43,900 nt of DNA from Escherichia phage slur05: the sequence record NC_028901.1; one strand, 5' to 3'. The translations under genes and the position numbers were made by a program. Positions 43,207 through 43,900 of the stretch are shown here, in pieces. The first letter of the stretch is position 1. Every line of letters starts with the position of its first letter. A model generated the notes under the pieces. It saw only the letters and a program-made list of their open reading frames with translations, did not search any database and was not told the DNA's origin.

Positions 43207-43398
43207 ATGAAAGCAGAAATGAGCATTATGCGCGCTGGCGCGACGGACAATGACGAGATTCGAATCGTCATTAGACTGGAACGTGGCAAGACCATTACGG
43301 CACTCGTCACGCCTGAAAACCTGGCGCTGGCACTAACCGTGCGATCGGATATACCGGTAGACCTTCGTCTGCGTAACGTGGAATTGCAGACCAAATGA
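43207..43398 (+). CDS. Hypothetical small protein (63 aa)
   Basis: ATG 5 nt after the polymerase stop; overlaps the downstream start. Confidence 0.35.
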   Translation: MKAEMSIMRAGATDNDEIRIVIRLERGKTITALVTPENLALALTVRSDIPVDLRLRNVELQTK

Positions 43399-43673
43399 CA
43401 CCAGAAGGCAAGATTCAAAGTCACCTGATGCGACGGGTGAAAGAGGTGGGCGGATTCTGCCGCAAACTGGCATGGGAGGGGCGCGCAGGTGCGCCCGATC
43501 TGATTATCATCATCAACGGCAGAATAGTTTTCGTCGAAGTGAAGCGCCCCGGAGGCAAACCGAAGCCGCACCAGGTGCGCGAACATGAACGTATGGCCCG
43601 CCGCGGTGCTGACGTTCGCGTTATCGACACGATAGCCGACTGCGATTTATTGGTTGCTGAATTGGTCGCGTAA
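43395..43673 (+). CDS. VRR-NUC domain nuclease
   Basis: 92 aa with a PD-(D/E)XK core (GAPDLIIIINGRIVFVEVKRPGGKP), typical of VRR-NUC proteins. Confidence 0.65.
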   Translation: MTPEGKIQSHLMRRVKEVGGFCRKLAWEGRAGAPDLIIIINGRIVFVEVKRPGGKPKPHQVREHERMARRGADVRVIDTIADCDLLVAELVA

Positions 43674-43713
43674 CGGTATAGTGTGCAGGTTGGCACTATC
43701 GAGGATTTTAGAA

Positions 43714-43887
43714 ATGGTTGAAGAAAAACGTTGTAGTAATTGCGGATGCATCAAGCCGCTATCCCAGTTCCACAAGTACACCGGCAAGACTGCGCGAAGT
43801 CCAGACGGTCATCGGGCCGAGTGCAAGTCGTGCCGCAATAAAAAAGAGCGCGAACGGCAGCGCCGCTATCGCGCAGAACAAGAATAA
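43714..43887 (+). CDS. Small zinc-ribbon protein (57 aa)
   Basis: GAGGA RBS; four Cys in CxxC...CxxC arrangement (CSNCGC...CKSC); basic C-terminus. Confidence 0.4.
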   Translation: MVEEKRCSNCGCIKPLSQFHKYTGKTARSPDGHRAECKSCRNKKERERQRRYRAEQE

Positions 43888-43900
43888 TCAATACGGCGGG

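Noticed and set aside
1-43900. Integrase, repressor or other lysogeny module
   Set aside because: No ORF showed tyrosine- or serine-recombinase or CI-like features; the element is treated as a lytic phage, though genes outside the window cannot be excluded.

Overview
This window reads as most of a tailed dsDNA phage genome (siphovirus-like, apparently lytic: no integrase or repressor seen). All calls are from reading the sequence and ORF translations by eye; no database search was run. Layout: (1) a plus-strand early/replication block at 37.0-43.9 kb that continues at 1-5.1 kb, with a DUF2800/Cas4-like nuclease, DUF2815-like SSB, family A DNA polymerase, VRR-NUC nuclease, SNF2 helicase (5' end cut by the window), a mini C5-methyltransferase-like protein, a Dam-type methyltransferase and a HAD hydrolase; (2) a minus-strand late block at 5.1-36.3 kb with lambda-like tail genes (J, I, K, L, M, tape measure, G/G-T chaperone, major tail), an SPP1/HK97-like head module, terminase, a lysis cassette and a primase-helicase. 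The most unusual features are two copies of a ~175 bp structured non-coding element with GTCCCGC/GGGAC iterons, one of them sitting between the G-T chaperone and tape-measure genes, and a small ORF that is a diverged copy of the DNA polymerase C-terminus. Other points of interest are plus-strand moron cassettes inside the tail and head modules, an Rz/Rz1-like spanin pair far from the endolysin, a repetitive charged protein, and a recurrent ATTGGTTGCA promoter-associated motif. No tRNA, rRNA or CRISPR array was found.
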